A stretch of DNA of 64,000 nucleotides, from the NCBI GenBank assembly GCA_002269645.1, contig NIVC01002190.1, forward strand, positions 83,033 to 147,032, read 5' to 3'. The position numbers and the translations under genes were made by a program. Every line of letters starts with the position of its first letter. The first letter of the stretch is position 1. Shown here piece by piece: positions 35,976 to 48,833 of this stretch. Under the pieces are notes generated by a model. That model worked only from the letters and a program-made list of their open reading frames with translations, did no database searches and had not been told where the DNA came from. Source of the DNA: Macrostomum lignano. Its lineage: Eukaryota.

Positions 35976-38900
35976 ATGAGCGGCCGAATGCGTTCAGTTG
36001 CCATGGCAACCGTTGGCATTGGCGCCGTAACTGCGGCGGCCGCCACGGTAGCGACGTCGTCGGTCCCGCCGCAGGGCGCCGGCTGGTTCCGGTTCGCCAA
36101 CACGGCGCGGCACGGCGCTGTGGTGGCGCTGGACTACAAGCTCAGCCTGCTGCTCCTGACCGAGGGCTCGCCTGAGTACGACCGCGCCCTGCACCGCTGC
36201 CACTCCCGGGCCGCCGACCGCATCCTGGCCGGCTGTCTGCAGAACGGCGGCCTGTACATCAAGCTGGGCCAGGGCCTGTGCGCCATGAACCACATCCTGC
36301 CCGCTGAGTACGGCGCCAAGCTGCGCCTGCTGCAGAACGAGGCGCTGCGAAGGAAGAAGCACGACCTGGACCGGATCTTCGCCGAGGATTTGGGCACATC
36401 GCCGGAGGCCGCCTTCGCTAGCTTCGATCGGCAGCCGTGCGCCTCGGCTAGCATTGCCGATGTGCACCGGTGCGAAAGGGGTGTTACCGGGGCAGGTGGC
36501 AGGTGGCAGGGGTGCGTGTAATTAGAGCAGGTGATAATTGATGTCAGTGCGGGTAATTGGGGCAGGTGATAATTGATGTCAGTGCGGGGGTGCGGGTAAT
36601 TAGAGCAGGTGATAATTGATGTCATTGTGGGGTGCGAGTAATTAGGGCAGGTGATAATTGATGTTAGTCTGAGGTGCGGGTAATTAGGGCAGGTGATAAT
36701 TGATGTCATTGTGGGGGTGCGGGTAATTAGAGCAGGTGATAATTGATGTCATTGTGGGGTGCGGGTAATTAGGGCAGGTGATAATTGATGTCAGTGCGGG
36801 GGTGCGGGTAATTAGAGCAGGTGATAATTGATGTCAGTGTGGGGTGCGGGTAATTAGGGCAGGTGATAATTGATGTCAGTGCGGGTAATTGGGGCAGGTA
36901 ATAATTGATGTCATTGTGGGGTGCGGGTAATTAGGGCAGGTGATAATTGATGTCATTGTGGGGTGCGAGTAATTAGGGCAGGTGATAATTGATGTTAGTC
37001 TGAGGTGCGGGTAATTAGGGCAGGTGATAATTGATGTTAGTCTGGGGTGCAGGTAATTAGGGCAGGTGATAATTGATGTCAGTGTGGGGTGCGGGTAATT
37101 AGGGCAGGTGATAATTGATGTCAGTGCGGGTAATTGGGGCAGGTAATAATTGATGTTAGTGTGGGGTGCGGGTAATTAGAGCAGGTGATAATTGATGTCA
37201 TTGTGGGGTGCGAGTAATTAGGGCAGGTGATAATTGATGTTAGTCTGAGGTGCGGGTAATTAGGGCAGGTGATAATTGATGTCAGAGCGGGTAATTAGGG
37301 CAGGTAATAATTGATGTTAGTGTGGGGTGCGGGTAATTAGGGCAGGTGATAATTGATGTCAGTGCGGGTAATTGGGGCAGGTGATAATTGATGTCATTGT
37401 GGGGTGCGGGTAATTAGGGCAGGTGATAATTGATGTCATTGTGGGGTGCGGGTAATTAGGGCAGGTGATAATTGATGTCATTGTGGGGTGCGAGTAATTA
37501 GGGCAGGTGATAATTGATGTTAGTCTGAGGTGCGGGTAATTAGGGCAGGTGATAATTAATGTCATTGTGGGGGTGCGGGTAATTAGAGCAGGTGATAATT
37601 GATGTCATTGTGGGGTGCGGGTAATTAGGGCAGGTGATAATTGATGTCAGTGTGGGGGTGCGGGTAATTAGAGCAGGTGATAATTGATGTCAGTGTGGGG
37701 TGCGGGTAATTAGGGCAGGTGATAATTGATGTCAGTGCGGGTAATTAGGGCAGGTGATAATTGATGTCAGTGCGGGGGTGCGGGTAATTAGAGCAGGTGA
37801 TAATTGATGTCAGTGTGGGGTGCGGGTAATTAGGGCAGGTGATAATTGATGTCAGTGCGGGTAATTGGGGCAGGTAATAATTGATGTCATTGTGGGGTGC
37901 GGGTAATTAGGGCAGGTGATAATTGATGTCATTGTGGGGTGCGAGTAATTAGGGCAGGTGATAATTGATGTTAGTCTGGGGTGCAGGTAATTAGGGCAGG
38001 TGATAATTGATGTCAGTGTGGGGTGCGGGTAATTAGGGCAGGTGATAATTGATGTCAGTGCGGGTAATTGGGGCAGGTAATAATTGATGTTAGTGTGGGG
38101 TGCGGGTAATTAGAGCAGGTGATAATTGATGTCATTGTGGGGTGCGAGTAATTAGGGCAGGTGATAATTGATGTTAGTCTGAGGTGCGGGTAATTAGGGC
38201 AGGTGATAATTGATGTCAGAGCGGGTAATTAGGGCAGGTAATAATTGATGTTAGTGTGGGGTGCGGGTAATTAGGGCAGGTGATAATTGATGTCAGTGCG
38301 GGTAATTGGGGCAGGTGATAATTGATGTCATTGTGGGGTGCGGGTAATTAGGGCAGGTGATAATTGATGTCATTGTGGGGTGCGGGTAATTAGGGCAGGT
38401 GATAATTGATGTCATTGTGGGGTGCGAGTAATTAGGGCAGGTGATAATTGATGTTAGTCTGAGGTGCGGGTAATTAGGGCAGGTGATAATTAATGTCATT
38501 GTGGGGTGCGGGTAATTAGAGCAGGTGATAATTGATGTCATTGTGGGGTGCGGGTAATTAGGGCAGGTGATAATTGATGTCAGTGTGGGGGTGCGGGTAA
38601 TTAGAGCAGGTGATAATTGATGTCAGTGTGGGGTGCGGGTAATTAGGGCAGGTGATAATTGATGTCAGTGCGGGTAATTAGGGCAGGTGATAATTGATGT
38701 CAGTGCGGGGGTGCGGGTAATTAGAGCAGGTGATAATTGATGTCAGTGTGGGGTGCGGTAATTAGGGCAGGTGATAATTGATGTCAGTGCGGGTAATTAG
38801 GGCAGGTGATAATTGATGTCAGTGCGGGGGTGCGGGTAATTAGAGCAGGTGATAATTGATGTCATTGTGGGGTGCGAGTAATTAGGGCAGGTGATAATTG

Positions 38901-41900
38901 ATGTTAGTCTGAGGTGCGGGTAATTAGGGCAGGTGATAATTGATGTCATTGTGGGGGTGCGGGTAATTAGAGCCGGTGATAATTGATGTCATTGTGGGGT
39001 GTGGGTAATTAGGGCAGGTGATAATTGATGTCAGTGCGGGGGTGCGGGTAATTAGAGCAGGTGATAATTGATGTCAGTGTGGGGTGCGGGTAATTAGGGC
39101 AGGTGATAATTGATGTCAGTGCGGGTAATTGGGGCAGGTGATAATTGATGTCAGTGCGGGGGTGCGGGTAATTAGAGCAGGTGATAATTGATGTCATTGT
39201 GGGGTGCGAGTAATTAGGGCAGGTGATAATTGATGTTAGTCTGAGGTGCGGGTAATTAGGGCAGGTGATAATTAATGTCATTGTGGGGGTGCGGGTAATT
39301 AGAGCAGGTGATAATTGATGTCAGTGTGGGGTGCGGGTAATTAGGGCAGGTGATAATTGATGTCAGTGCGGGTAATTGGGGCAGGTGATAATTGATGTCA
39401 GTGCGGGGGTGCGGGTAATTAGAGCAGGTGATAATTGATGTCATTGTGGGGTGCGAGTAATTAGGGCAGGTGATAATTGATGTTAGTCTGAGGTGCGGGT
39501 AATTAGGGCAGGTGATAATTGATATTAGTCTGGGGTGCAGGTAATTAGGGCAGGTGATAATTGATGTCAGTGTGGGGTGCGGGTAATTACGGCAGGTGAT
39601 AATTGATGTCAGTGCGGGTAATTAGGGCAGGTAATAATTGATGTCAGTGTGGGGTTCGGGTAATTAGGGCAGGTAATAATTGATGCCAGCTGGGGTGCTG
39701 GTAATTAAAGCAGGTGATTATTGATATCAGTGTGGTGTGCGGGTAATTAGGGCTGGTGATACTTATAGTCAGTTGAAGGTGTGTGCTAATATAACAGGTA
39801 ATAGTTGATAAAATCTGGGTGTGTCTACATGTAATTGGAGCCGTTAAAACTGATTGCCTAATTTGGTTGAGCATGAATTACAATAATATAATCATCCAAT
39901 ATTTTGCAGCGCTGTGACCCAGTCTGGCCAGCCCGTGGCAGTCAAGGTGCAGCACGGCGACCTGCGCGGCCGCTTCCCCTCGGACATTCGCACCCTGGAG
40001 CTGCTGCTGCGATTCGTCGGCCTGCTGCACCCGGACTTCAATTTCGCCTGGGTGCTGGCCGATCTCAAGGACACCCTCGCTCAGGAGTTGGACTTCGAGA
40101 ATGAGGCGGCCAACGCTGAGCGATGCGCGACCGATTTGAAAGGGCTGGCCGCGGTCCCGAGGGTGCACCGGGGACTCATCAGCAAGAGAGTGCTCACCAT
40201 GGACTGGATTGACGGCGTCAAGGTGAGCGCTGAGCTTCGAGAGTTGGGGAAGCGGTTAAAAAGAGAAGAGATGAATTGAGGGGAGCGAAGAGATTAAGGG
40301 AGGGGAGAGAAGGAATGAAGGGAGGGGAGAGAAGAGATGAAGGGAGGGGGGAGAGGGGATGAAGAGAGGGGAGAGAAGAGATGAAGGGAGGGGGGAGAAG
40401 GGATGAAGGGAGGGGGAGAGGGGATGAAGAGAGGGGAGAGAAGGAATGAAGGGAGGGGAGAGAAGAGATGAAGGGAGGGGGAGAAGAGATGAAGGGAGGG
40501 GAGAGAAGAGATGAAGGGAGGGGAGAGAAGAGATGAAGGGAGGGGAGAAAGGAGATGAAGTCAGAGGAGAGAAGAGTTTCAGGATAGAGAACTCAGTTGA
40601 GCAGTCAATAAAGACTCCATCCGGTCTCGCCCCCGGCGCAGATCAACGACAAAGCCGGCATTCAGTCGCTGGGCCTGTCGCTCACCGACGTCGACAACCA
40701 GCTGGTGCGAGTCTCGGCCCGCCAGATCTTCGGCACCGGCTTCGTCCACGCCGACCCGCACCCGGGCAACATTCTGGTGCGCAGGTCGGCAACGCGGCCC
40801 GGCAGGCCGGAGCTGGTGGTGCTGGACCACGGCCTGTACCAGCGGCTGAGCGAGTCGGAGCGCCTGGGGCTCTCCAGGCTGTACGCCGCGGCGCTGTGGC
40901 AGGACGATGCGGCGGCGAAGGCGTACGCCGCCGAGTTGGGCGTGTCGGACCATCGGACCCTGTGCGAGATCCTGCTACAGCGGCCCGTGCTGAGCGGCGC
41001 CGGAGCGGCCAGGTCGCTTGCTTTTTTATGCTTGAGTCTTGAGTCTCCCTAGTCTCACATTGGTCTTACCTTTCAGTCACCACAGTCTCACCTTAGTCTC
41101 GACTTTCAATCTCACCTCAGTCTCATCTCAGTCTCACCTTTTAATCTCACCCCAGGCTCAACTTTTTAGTTTCATCCCAATTTCACTTTTCAATCACCTT
41201 AGTCTCACCTTTCAGTCTCACCACAGTCTCACCTTAGTCTTATCTTTCAATCTCACCCCAGTCTCACCTTTCAATCTCATTCGAGTCTCACCTTTCAGTC
41301 TCATCTCAGTCTCACCTTTTAATCTCACCCAGGCTCAACTTTTAGTTTCATCCCAATTTCACTTTTCAATCACCTTAGTCTCACCTTTCAGTCTCACCCT
41401 AGTATCACCTTTAAATCTCACCCCAGTCTCACCTCTTAATCGCAACTAAGACGTCTGTCTTGATCTCACCCTCGGTCATCTTTTGATATAATCTTCATCT
41501 CATTTGTCTTGATGTTTTTCTCACATTTTTGCGCGTCTTTTTTAGTCTCACTACAGAGCTCATTGCACTGTTCCCTCCGCCACCCACCTTGGCAGGCGCC
41601 TGTTCCACGTGCACCACATGACCCCGGAGGAGCGGCGCTACATGGTGCAGATGGCGTCGGAGCGATTCGACCAGATCATGGCCACCCTGCGCCAGATGCC
41701 CAAGTCGCTGCTGCTCTGCATTCGCAACATTAATACTGTGCGCTCTGTGCTGCAGGTGAGCGCTGAGCTGATTGCGGCTCTCTTCCCCTCCCTCTTCTCT
41801 TCCCCTCTCTCGTCTCTTCCCCTCCCTCGTCTCTTCCCCTCCCTCTTCTCTTCCCCTTTTCTCTTCCCCTCCCTCTTCTCTTCCCCTCCCTCGTCTCTTC

Positions 41901-42649
41901 CCCTCCTTCCTCTCTTCACCTCCCTCTTCTCTTCCCCTCCCTCTTCTCTTCCCCTCCCTCCTCTCTTCCCCTCTCTCTTCTCTTCCCCTCCCTCGTCTCT
42001 TCCCCTCCCTCCTCTCTTCCCCTCCCTCTTCTCTTCCCCTCCCTCCTCTCTTCCCCTCCCTCTTCTCTTCCCCTTTTCTCTTCCCCTCCCTCGTCTCTTC
42101 CCCTCCCTCTCCTCTTCCCCTCCCTCCTCTCTTCCCCTCTCTCGTCTCTTCCCCTCCCTCCTCTCTTCCCCTCTCTCGTCTCTTCCCCTCCCTCCTCTCT
42201 CCCCCTCCCTCTCTTCCCCTCTCTCGTCTCTTCCCCTCTCTCGTCTCTTCCCCTCTCTCGTCTCTTCCCCTCCCTCGTCTCTTCCCCTCCCTCCTCTCTT
42301 CCCCTCCCTCCTCTCTTCCCCTCTCTCCTCTCTTCCCCTCCCTCCCTCCTCTCTGCCTAAGTGTGTCAATCGCAAAGCGCTGGCAACCGCCCTCCAGGAC
42401 CATGGCCACCCGATGAACCGCTACCCGGTGATGTTCGCCGCTGCCCTTCGCGGCCAGTTCCCCGACCGCCTGCGCTGGCCGGACCGCCTCCGCCTCGGCT
42501 GGCTGCTGGCCGCCGCCTGGCTGCGCCTGCTGGCCGACCGGCTGGTGGCCGGGCTGGCCGCCTTCTACCTGAGCCGCTTCGCGCCGGAGGCGAGCGCCGC
42601 GATAGCCAAGACGGCGGCCAAGACCAGCGAGGCGCTTGGCGGGGTCTGA
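35976..42649 (+). CDS. ADCK5: ABC1/UbiB atypical kinase ADCK5, about 529 aa; exons 35976-36469, 39910-40222, 40642-41012, 41596-41755, 42398-42649
   Basis: [43 protein letters not shown] and RNINTVR motifs; frame-consistent GT-AG junctions. Confidence 0.93.
36490..39770. repeat. 3.3-kb ~42-bp G-rich minisatellite (GGTAATTAGGGCAGGTGATAATTGATGTCAGTGTGGGGTGCG)
   Basis: Fills ADCK5 intron 1; ~934-bp higher-order duplication. Confidence 0.96.
40285..40570. repeat. GA-rich minisatellite (ADCK5 intron 2)
   Basis: GAAGGGAGGGGAGAGAAGAGAT units. Confidence 0.9.
41045..41450. repeat. Degenerate TCTCACC/AGTCTCA repeat (ADCK5 intron 3)
   Basis: Direct reading. Confidence 0.8.
41780..42355. repeat. CT-rich minisatellite (ADCK5 intron 4)
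   Basis: TCTCTTCCCCTCCCTC units, roughly the reverse complement of the intron 2 repeat. Confidence 0.9.
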
Positions 42650-43469
42650 CATGCCTGCCGCTGCGTCGCTGACCTCAGGGATGATTTAGTGTAGTATATT
42701 TGTCAGACCATGAAGCGCTGCAAGTTAAGCATAGTCTATCGCGGTTAGTATGCAGCTAAAATAGGCTCCTTGCGTCACCGTCACTTCTCCAGCGAGCGTG
42801 AAAATGTTAGTTAATCACAGTTTCACCGGCTTTGAAGTATAACAAATCACCAGAACAAGTCCATCAACCCAGTGCAAAGAAAACTCGGTTTGATATCTGT
42901 GAAACCTTTCTGAACCAACCCTATAGTATCTATTAATTATAGCTTCCCATGCCGTTCGTAGTTGAATTCTAGAATAATTCCAGTTATTATCGATCATATA
43001 TGCATAGCTAACTCAATTTCTGTGTAAATTGCATTTTATAGTTAATTGCCTTTTTGCCCAAGTCAAATTGATTGATTACCTGTACTATTACTAATAGTAG
43101 TTCGAGTATTCACTTTAACTGATCGATTTTCGCTGGCCTATCTGCCTGGTTAATTAATGGCGTTTGCAACTTTAGTTCAGTAAAAAAATTAAGTGTCTCA
43201 ACATTCTCGTCTTTCTATCAATGAGCTGAGATTCAGTGTATGTGACTTTAAAGCATCGTTATTGTAATCGGTTCCTGAACTCAAAACTCAATTTGAGCTC
43301 GCGAAAAGTACACTCTGTCCTTAGAATTGCAGCTTTGTATTTTATTCTGATCTTTTGAGTTGAACTAACTAATTTCTTAATTGATCCATTTTTGGCTTTC
43401 TTTTTTTGTCTTTCAACGCTTGTCAGTGCCAACATTTAGTTAGCCACCCTATGGCCCATGGCCTCCTCT

Positions 43470-45735
43470 TGTGTCCCATGTCCTCCTCTTGTGTCCCATG
43501 TCCTCCTCTTGTGTCCCATGTCCTCATCTTGTGTCCCATGTCCTCCCTGTGTCCCATGTCCTCATCTTGTGTCCCATGTCCTCATCTTGTGTCCCATGTC
43601 CTTCTCTTGTGTCCCATGTCCTCATCTTGTGTCCCATGTCCTTCTCTTGTGTCCATGTCCTCCTCTTGTGTCCATGTCCTCCTCTTGTGTCCCATGTCCT
43701 CCTCTTGTGTCCATGTCCTCCTCTTGTGTCCATGTCCTCATCTTGTGTCCTATGTCCTCCTCTGTGCCCCATGCCCTCCTCTTGTGTCCCATGTCCTCCT
43801 CTTGTGTCCCATGCCCTCTTGTGTCCCATGTCTTCCTCTGTGTCCCATGTCTTCCTCTTGTGTCCCATGCCCTCTTGTGTCCCATGTCTTCCTCTTGTGT
43901 CCCATGTCCTCCTCTGTGTCCCATGTCTTCCCTGTGTCCCATGTCTTCCTCTTGTGTCCCATGCCCTCTTGTGTCCCATGCCCTCTTGTGTCCCATGCCC
44001 TCTTGTGTCCCATGTCTTCCTCTTGTGTCCCATGCCCTCTTGTGTCCCATGTCCTCCTCTGTGTCCCATGCCCTCTTGTGTCCCATGCCCTCTTGTGTCC
44101 CATGTCCTCCTCTTGTGTCCCATGCCCTCCTCTTGTGTCCCATGTCCTCCTCTGTGTCCCATGCCCTCTTGTGTCCCATGCCCTCTTGTGTCCCATGTCC
44201 TCCTCTTGTGTCCCATGCCCTCCTCTTGTGTCCCATGCCCTCCTCTTGTGTCCCATGTCCTCCTCTTGTGTCCCATGCCCTCTTGTGTCCCATGTCTTCC
44301 TCTTGTGTCCCATGCCCTCTTGTGTCCCATGCCCTCTTGTGTCCCATGTCCTCCTCTGTGTCCCATGCCCTCTTGTGTCCCATGTCCTCTTGTGTCCTAT
44401 GTCCTCCTCTGTGTCCCATGTCTTCCTCTGTGTCCCATGTCTTCCTCTTGTGTCCCATGCCCTCTTGTGTCCCATGTCCTCCTCTTGTGTCCCATGCCCT
44501 CTTGTGTCCCATGTCCTCCTCTTGTGTCCCATGTCCTCCTCTTGTGTCCCATGTCCTCCTCTTGTGTCCCATGTCCTCCTCTTGTGTCCCATGCCCTCTT
44601 GTGTCCCATGTCTTCCTCTGTGTCCCATGTCTTCCTCTTGTGTCCCATGCCCTCTTGTGTCCCATGTCTTCCTCTTGTGTCCCATGTCCTCCTCTGTGTC
44701 CCATGTCTTCCCTGTGTCCCATGTCTTCCTCTTGTGTCCCATGCCCTCTTGTGTCCCATGCCCTCTTGTGTCCCATGCCCTCTTGTGTCCCATGTCTTCC
44801 TCTTGTGTCCCATGCCCTCTTGTGTCCCATGCCCTCTTGTGTCCCATGCCCTCTTGTGTCCCATGTCCTCCTCTTGTGTCCCATGTCCTCCTCTTGTGTC
44901 CCATGTCCTCTTGTGTCCCATGTCCTCCTCTTGTGTCCCATGCCCTCTTGTGTCCCATGCCCTCTTGTGTCCCATGTCCTCCTCTTGTGTCCCATGCCCT
45001 CCTCTTGTGTCCCATGTCCTCCTCTGTGTCCCATGTCCTCCTCTTGTGTCCCATGCCCTCTTGTGTCCCATGTCTTCCTCTTGTGTCCCATGCCCTCTTG
45101 TGTCCCATGCCCTCTTGTGTCCCATGTCCTCCTCTGTGTCCCATGCCCTCTTGTGTCCCATGTCCTCTTGTGTCCTATGTCCTCCTCTGTGTCCCATGTC
45201 TTCCTCTGTGTCCCATGTCTTCCTCTTGTGTCCCATGCCCTCTTGTGTCCCATGTCCTCCTCTTGTGTCCCATGCCCTCTTGTGTCCCATGTCCTCCTCT
45301 TGTGTCCCATGTCCTCCTCTTGTGTCCCATGTCCTCCTCTTGTGTCCCATGTCCTCCTCTTGTGTCCCATGTCCTCCTCTTGTGTCCCATGCCCTCTTGT
45401 GTCCCATGTCCTCCTCTTGTGTCCCATGTCCTCCTCTTGTGTCCCATGTCCTCCTCTTGTGTCCCATGTCCTCCTCTTGTGTCCCATGTCCTCCTCTTGT
45501 GTCCCATGTCCTCCTCTTGTGTCCCATGTCCTCTTGTGTCCCATGCCCTCCTCTTGTGCCCCATGCCCTCCTCTTGTGTCCCGTGTCCTCCTCTTGTGTC
45601 CCGTGTCCTCTTGTGTCCCATGCCCTCCTCTTGTGCCCCATGCCCTCCTCTGTGTCCCATGCCCTCTTGTGTCCCATGTCCTCCTCTTGTGTCCCATGCC
45701 CTCCTCTTGTGTCCCGTGTCCTCACCCGTGTTTCA
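43470..45735. repeat. 2.3-kb 17/20-bp minisatellite (TGTGTCCCATGTCCTCCTCT)
   Basis: Tandem variants with an ~780-bp higher-order repeat. Confidence 0.96.
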
Positions 45736-46921
45736 TACCCTCAGCACTCCCTGTGCTATGACTGATTCATCCTACTCTACTTAAAGTAGCAAGCGCAGCA
45801 AATGCAAACTGCCAGCTACACTGCAAGCCTTGGAAATTTATCGCTTGCCCAAGGCAGTCAAAAATGCAGTTTTGTTTACGCATCAAACTCTCTCTGGCAG
45901 TGAATTTTTAGTTCGTTTCCAAAATTTGCTTTCCAAGAAAGCGAGCGCCGAATTAAATTCGTGCCAGTCTAGCGGGTCGGTGGGCGCCCCCGCCCCCCGC
46001 CCCCCCTAGCAACAAAATCATCCACCATTGGTATTGGGAGGTTCATGGCAAAACATGACCGCTCACGTCAATGCGATATTCTTAGCGGATTTCTGTCTAT
46101 TCCTTGTTTCTGTTTGCCCCCGCGGGCTGCGGCCCTCTCTGCTGTGTTACCTGCGCTCCACCCTCTGGGGCACCACTCTCTCTAAATCCCTGTTTAAACA
46201 ACCATTCAACATATTGCTCCCTAAGGGCTGGGATAACAGTCGGGGGGGGGGGGGTTCTGGGCCGGCCTTTCAGAAACAGCCCCCCTCCCCAAGGCAGACA
46301 GATCCGCCATCAATCAATCATTATTCTCAGCCCGCTCCCCCCATCACTCTGCTACTCCCTGTCTTGATCGGTCAGGCATTTACCTGCGATTGCGCACTTG
46401 CAGGCTTCGCTACTGCTGTATCGCTCGGTTTTTATCCTTTATAAATTCTCTTAATCCAAGCCGGGGACTTCAAGGCTGCACTTTCGCCTTTGACCGGCTG
46501 TCGCCCCAGTGCCCGACAGAGCTGGGACTCGAACCCAAATCACTCATCGAATAGGGGCGAGGGTCTGTAGTGATTCTCTGGCACTCCTGATTAGTCCCTT
46601 CCGCTCCTCCCGTTCGGCCTCCCGGTCCTTGCTAACTTGTTAAAAGGAGTCGATGAAGCTGAGAAGCTGGGGAGCTCAGGAGGGGGGGGGCAGAGGAAAG
46701 CCACGCGCCTGATTGGGCGGGGGAAGTGGCTCTTTTGAATTGATCTGCAGCTGCCCAGCTGCACTGGGTGGGAGCCGGAGTCTTCAAGCTTGTCCTGTTC
46801 TCATTCTTCACTTGATTGACATTTCACTGCCCGGATTCCACCCGGATGTGGGGGCTACAAAGCTCACAGGATTGTTGGAGATTGCCGTATAGTGTCTGAT
46901 CCTTCGGTTTTGGATATCCCT

Positions 46922-47323
46922 GTTGCTGAGCCAGCCTCCCAGATCCTCAGTTGCTGGGCCAGCCTCCCAGATCCTCAGTTGCTGGGCCAGCCTCCCAGAT
47001 TCTCAGTTGCTGGGCCAGCCTCCCAGATCCTCAGTTGCTGGGCCAGCCTCCCAGATCCTCAGTTGCTGAGCCAGCCTCCCAGATCCTCAGTTGCTGGGCC
47101 AGCCTCCCAGATCCTCAGTTGCTGGGCCAGCCTCCCAGATCCTCAGTTGCTGAGCCAGCCTCCCAGATCCTCAGTTGCTGGGTCAGCCTCCCAGATCCTC
47201 AGTTGCTGAGCCAGCCTCCCAGATCCTCAGTTGCTGAGCCAGCCTCCCAGATCCTCAGTTGCTGAGCCAGCCTCCCAGATTCTCAGTTGCTGGGCCAGCT
47301 TCCCAGATCCTCAGTTGCTGGGC
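46922..47323. repeat. 28-bp minisatellite (CCAGCCTCCCAGATCCTCAGTTGCTGGG)
   Basis: About 14 copies. Confidence 0.95.
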
Positions 47324-47731
47324 CACCGCAAGGCTCACAGATAAGAAATTCCCAGATAAATTTTGCATGAGCGACCTAAGAAAACATTTTCTCAGTTTCC
47401 AAGCGGCATCCAGTCAGTCGGAGATGCTTGGTGATTGACATGCGAATGTCTGCTTTATTTAGGCTGAAACAATACACGAAAATTTATGGAATATTTCTGT
47501 AACTTTGGAAAAACTATAATTATTATGCGCACGCTTTTATAGCAATTGCTTGAAGTGAAATTCAAAGTAAATTGGCTTGCAAATACACAAAGAATTAGGT
47601 TTTTACAACAAACAGTGATTTACGATCTACCAGAAATTGCACTAAGTGAAAGATGTGAGCTTAAAAAAGCCAGTTAGTTTAACAGCTGTGTAGGTAAACA
47701 GTTCCATTACTGAAATCCTCTGATTGACAGC

Positions 47732-48443
47732 CTAGATTCTGGGCCAGTTTGCAAGCCATGCTGTTGCTGCGGTTAAAGCGAATGTTGATGAAGCTGATGC
47801 TTCTGACCCGGCTGATGATGACGTAACCAGGCTGCCGGCTGTAGCAGCGCAGAGGAGAGAGAGGGGGTGGGAGGGTGAGAGACTTCTGCGGAACTGCAAT
47901 TTCGGGAATAATTGCAGGCTGGGGGGCGGCTTGACCCTCCCGCCTGTTTCTGCGCCTTTCCGGGCTTCTCCTTGGCCGAAGCTATAGTCGCTTTGAGTCA
48001 CTTTTGATGAAGCTCACTGACTGCTTAGCACTGAAGTTCAGGGATCCTGCAGTATATATGACTGCTATAAAGCTATCAGCATGGGCTATGCCTCATCATA
48101 AATATAAATGTGGAAATTTCGCTGTCCATCCAGATATAATTTCCTCAAGGCGGCCAGTATTATTATTACTGAATTGTAATTTATAGCTTGCTTACCTTCT
48201 CTTGCCATAATCATAATGCAATTATCACTGTAATTGCCTGCCTTGCTATGTGCCTGCTGTATTTCACTACTCTGTCTGCCTGTGTCTGCCTGTATGTCTG
48301 TCTGCCTGTCTATCTGTCTGTCTGTCTGTCTGTCTATCTGTCTGTCTGTCTGTCTGTCTGCCTGCCTGTCTGTCCTGTCTGTCTGTCTGCCTGCCTGCCT
48401 GTCTGTCTGTCTGTCTGTCTGTCTGCCTGTCTGTCTGTGTCTG

Positions 48444-48492
<49 letters not shown>

Positions 48493-48555
48493 GCCTGTCT
48501 GTCTGTCTATCTGTCTGTCTGTCTGTCTGCCTGTCTGTCTGTGTCTGTCTGTCTG

Positions 48556-48588
<33 letters not shown>

Positions 48589-48688
48589 GTCTGTCTGTCT
48601 GTCTGCCTGCCTGTCTGTCCTGTCTGTCTGTCTGCCTGCCTGCCTGTCTGGCTGTCTGTCTGTCTGTCTGCCTGTCTGTCTGTGTCTG

Positions 48689-48737
<49 letters not shown>

Positions 48738-48800
48738 GCCTGTCTGTCTGTCTATCTGTCTGTCTGTCTGTCTGCCTGTCTGTCTGTGTCTGTCTGTCTG

Positions 48801-48833
<33 letters not shown>

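Noticed and set aside
43406-45784. ORFs of 690-790 aa rich in Cys/Pro or Gly/His/Thr
   Set aside because: Translation of a stop-poor 17/20-bp minisatellite, open in nearly all frames; no domain or splice support
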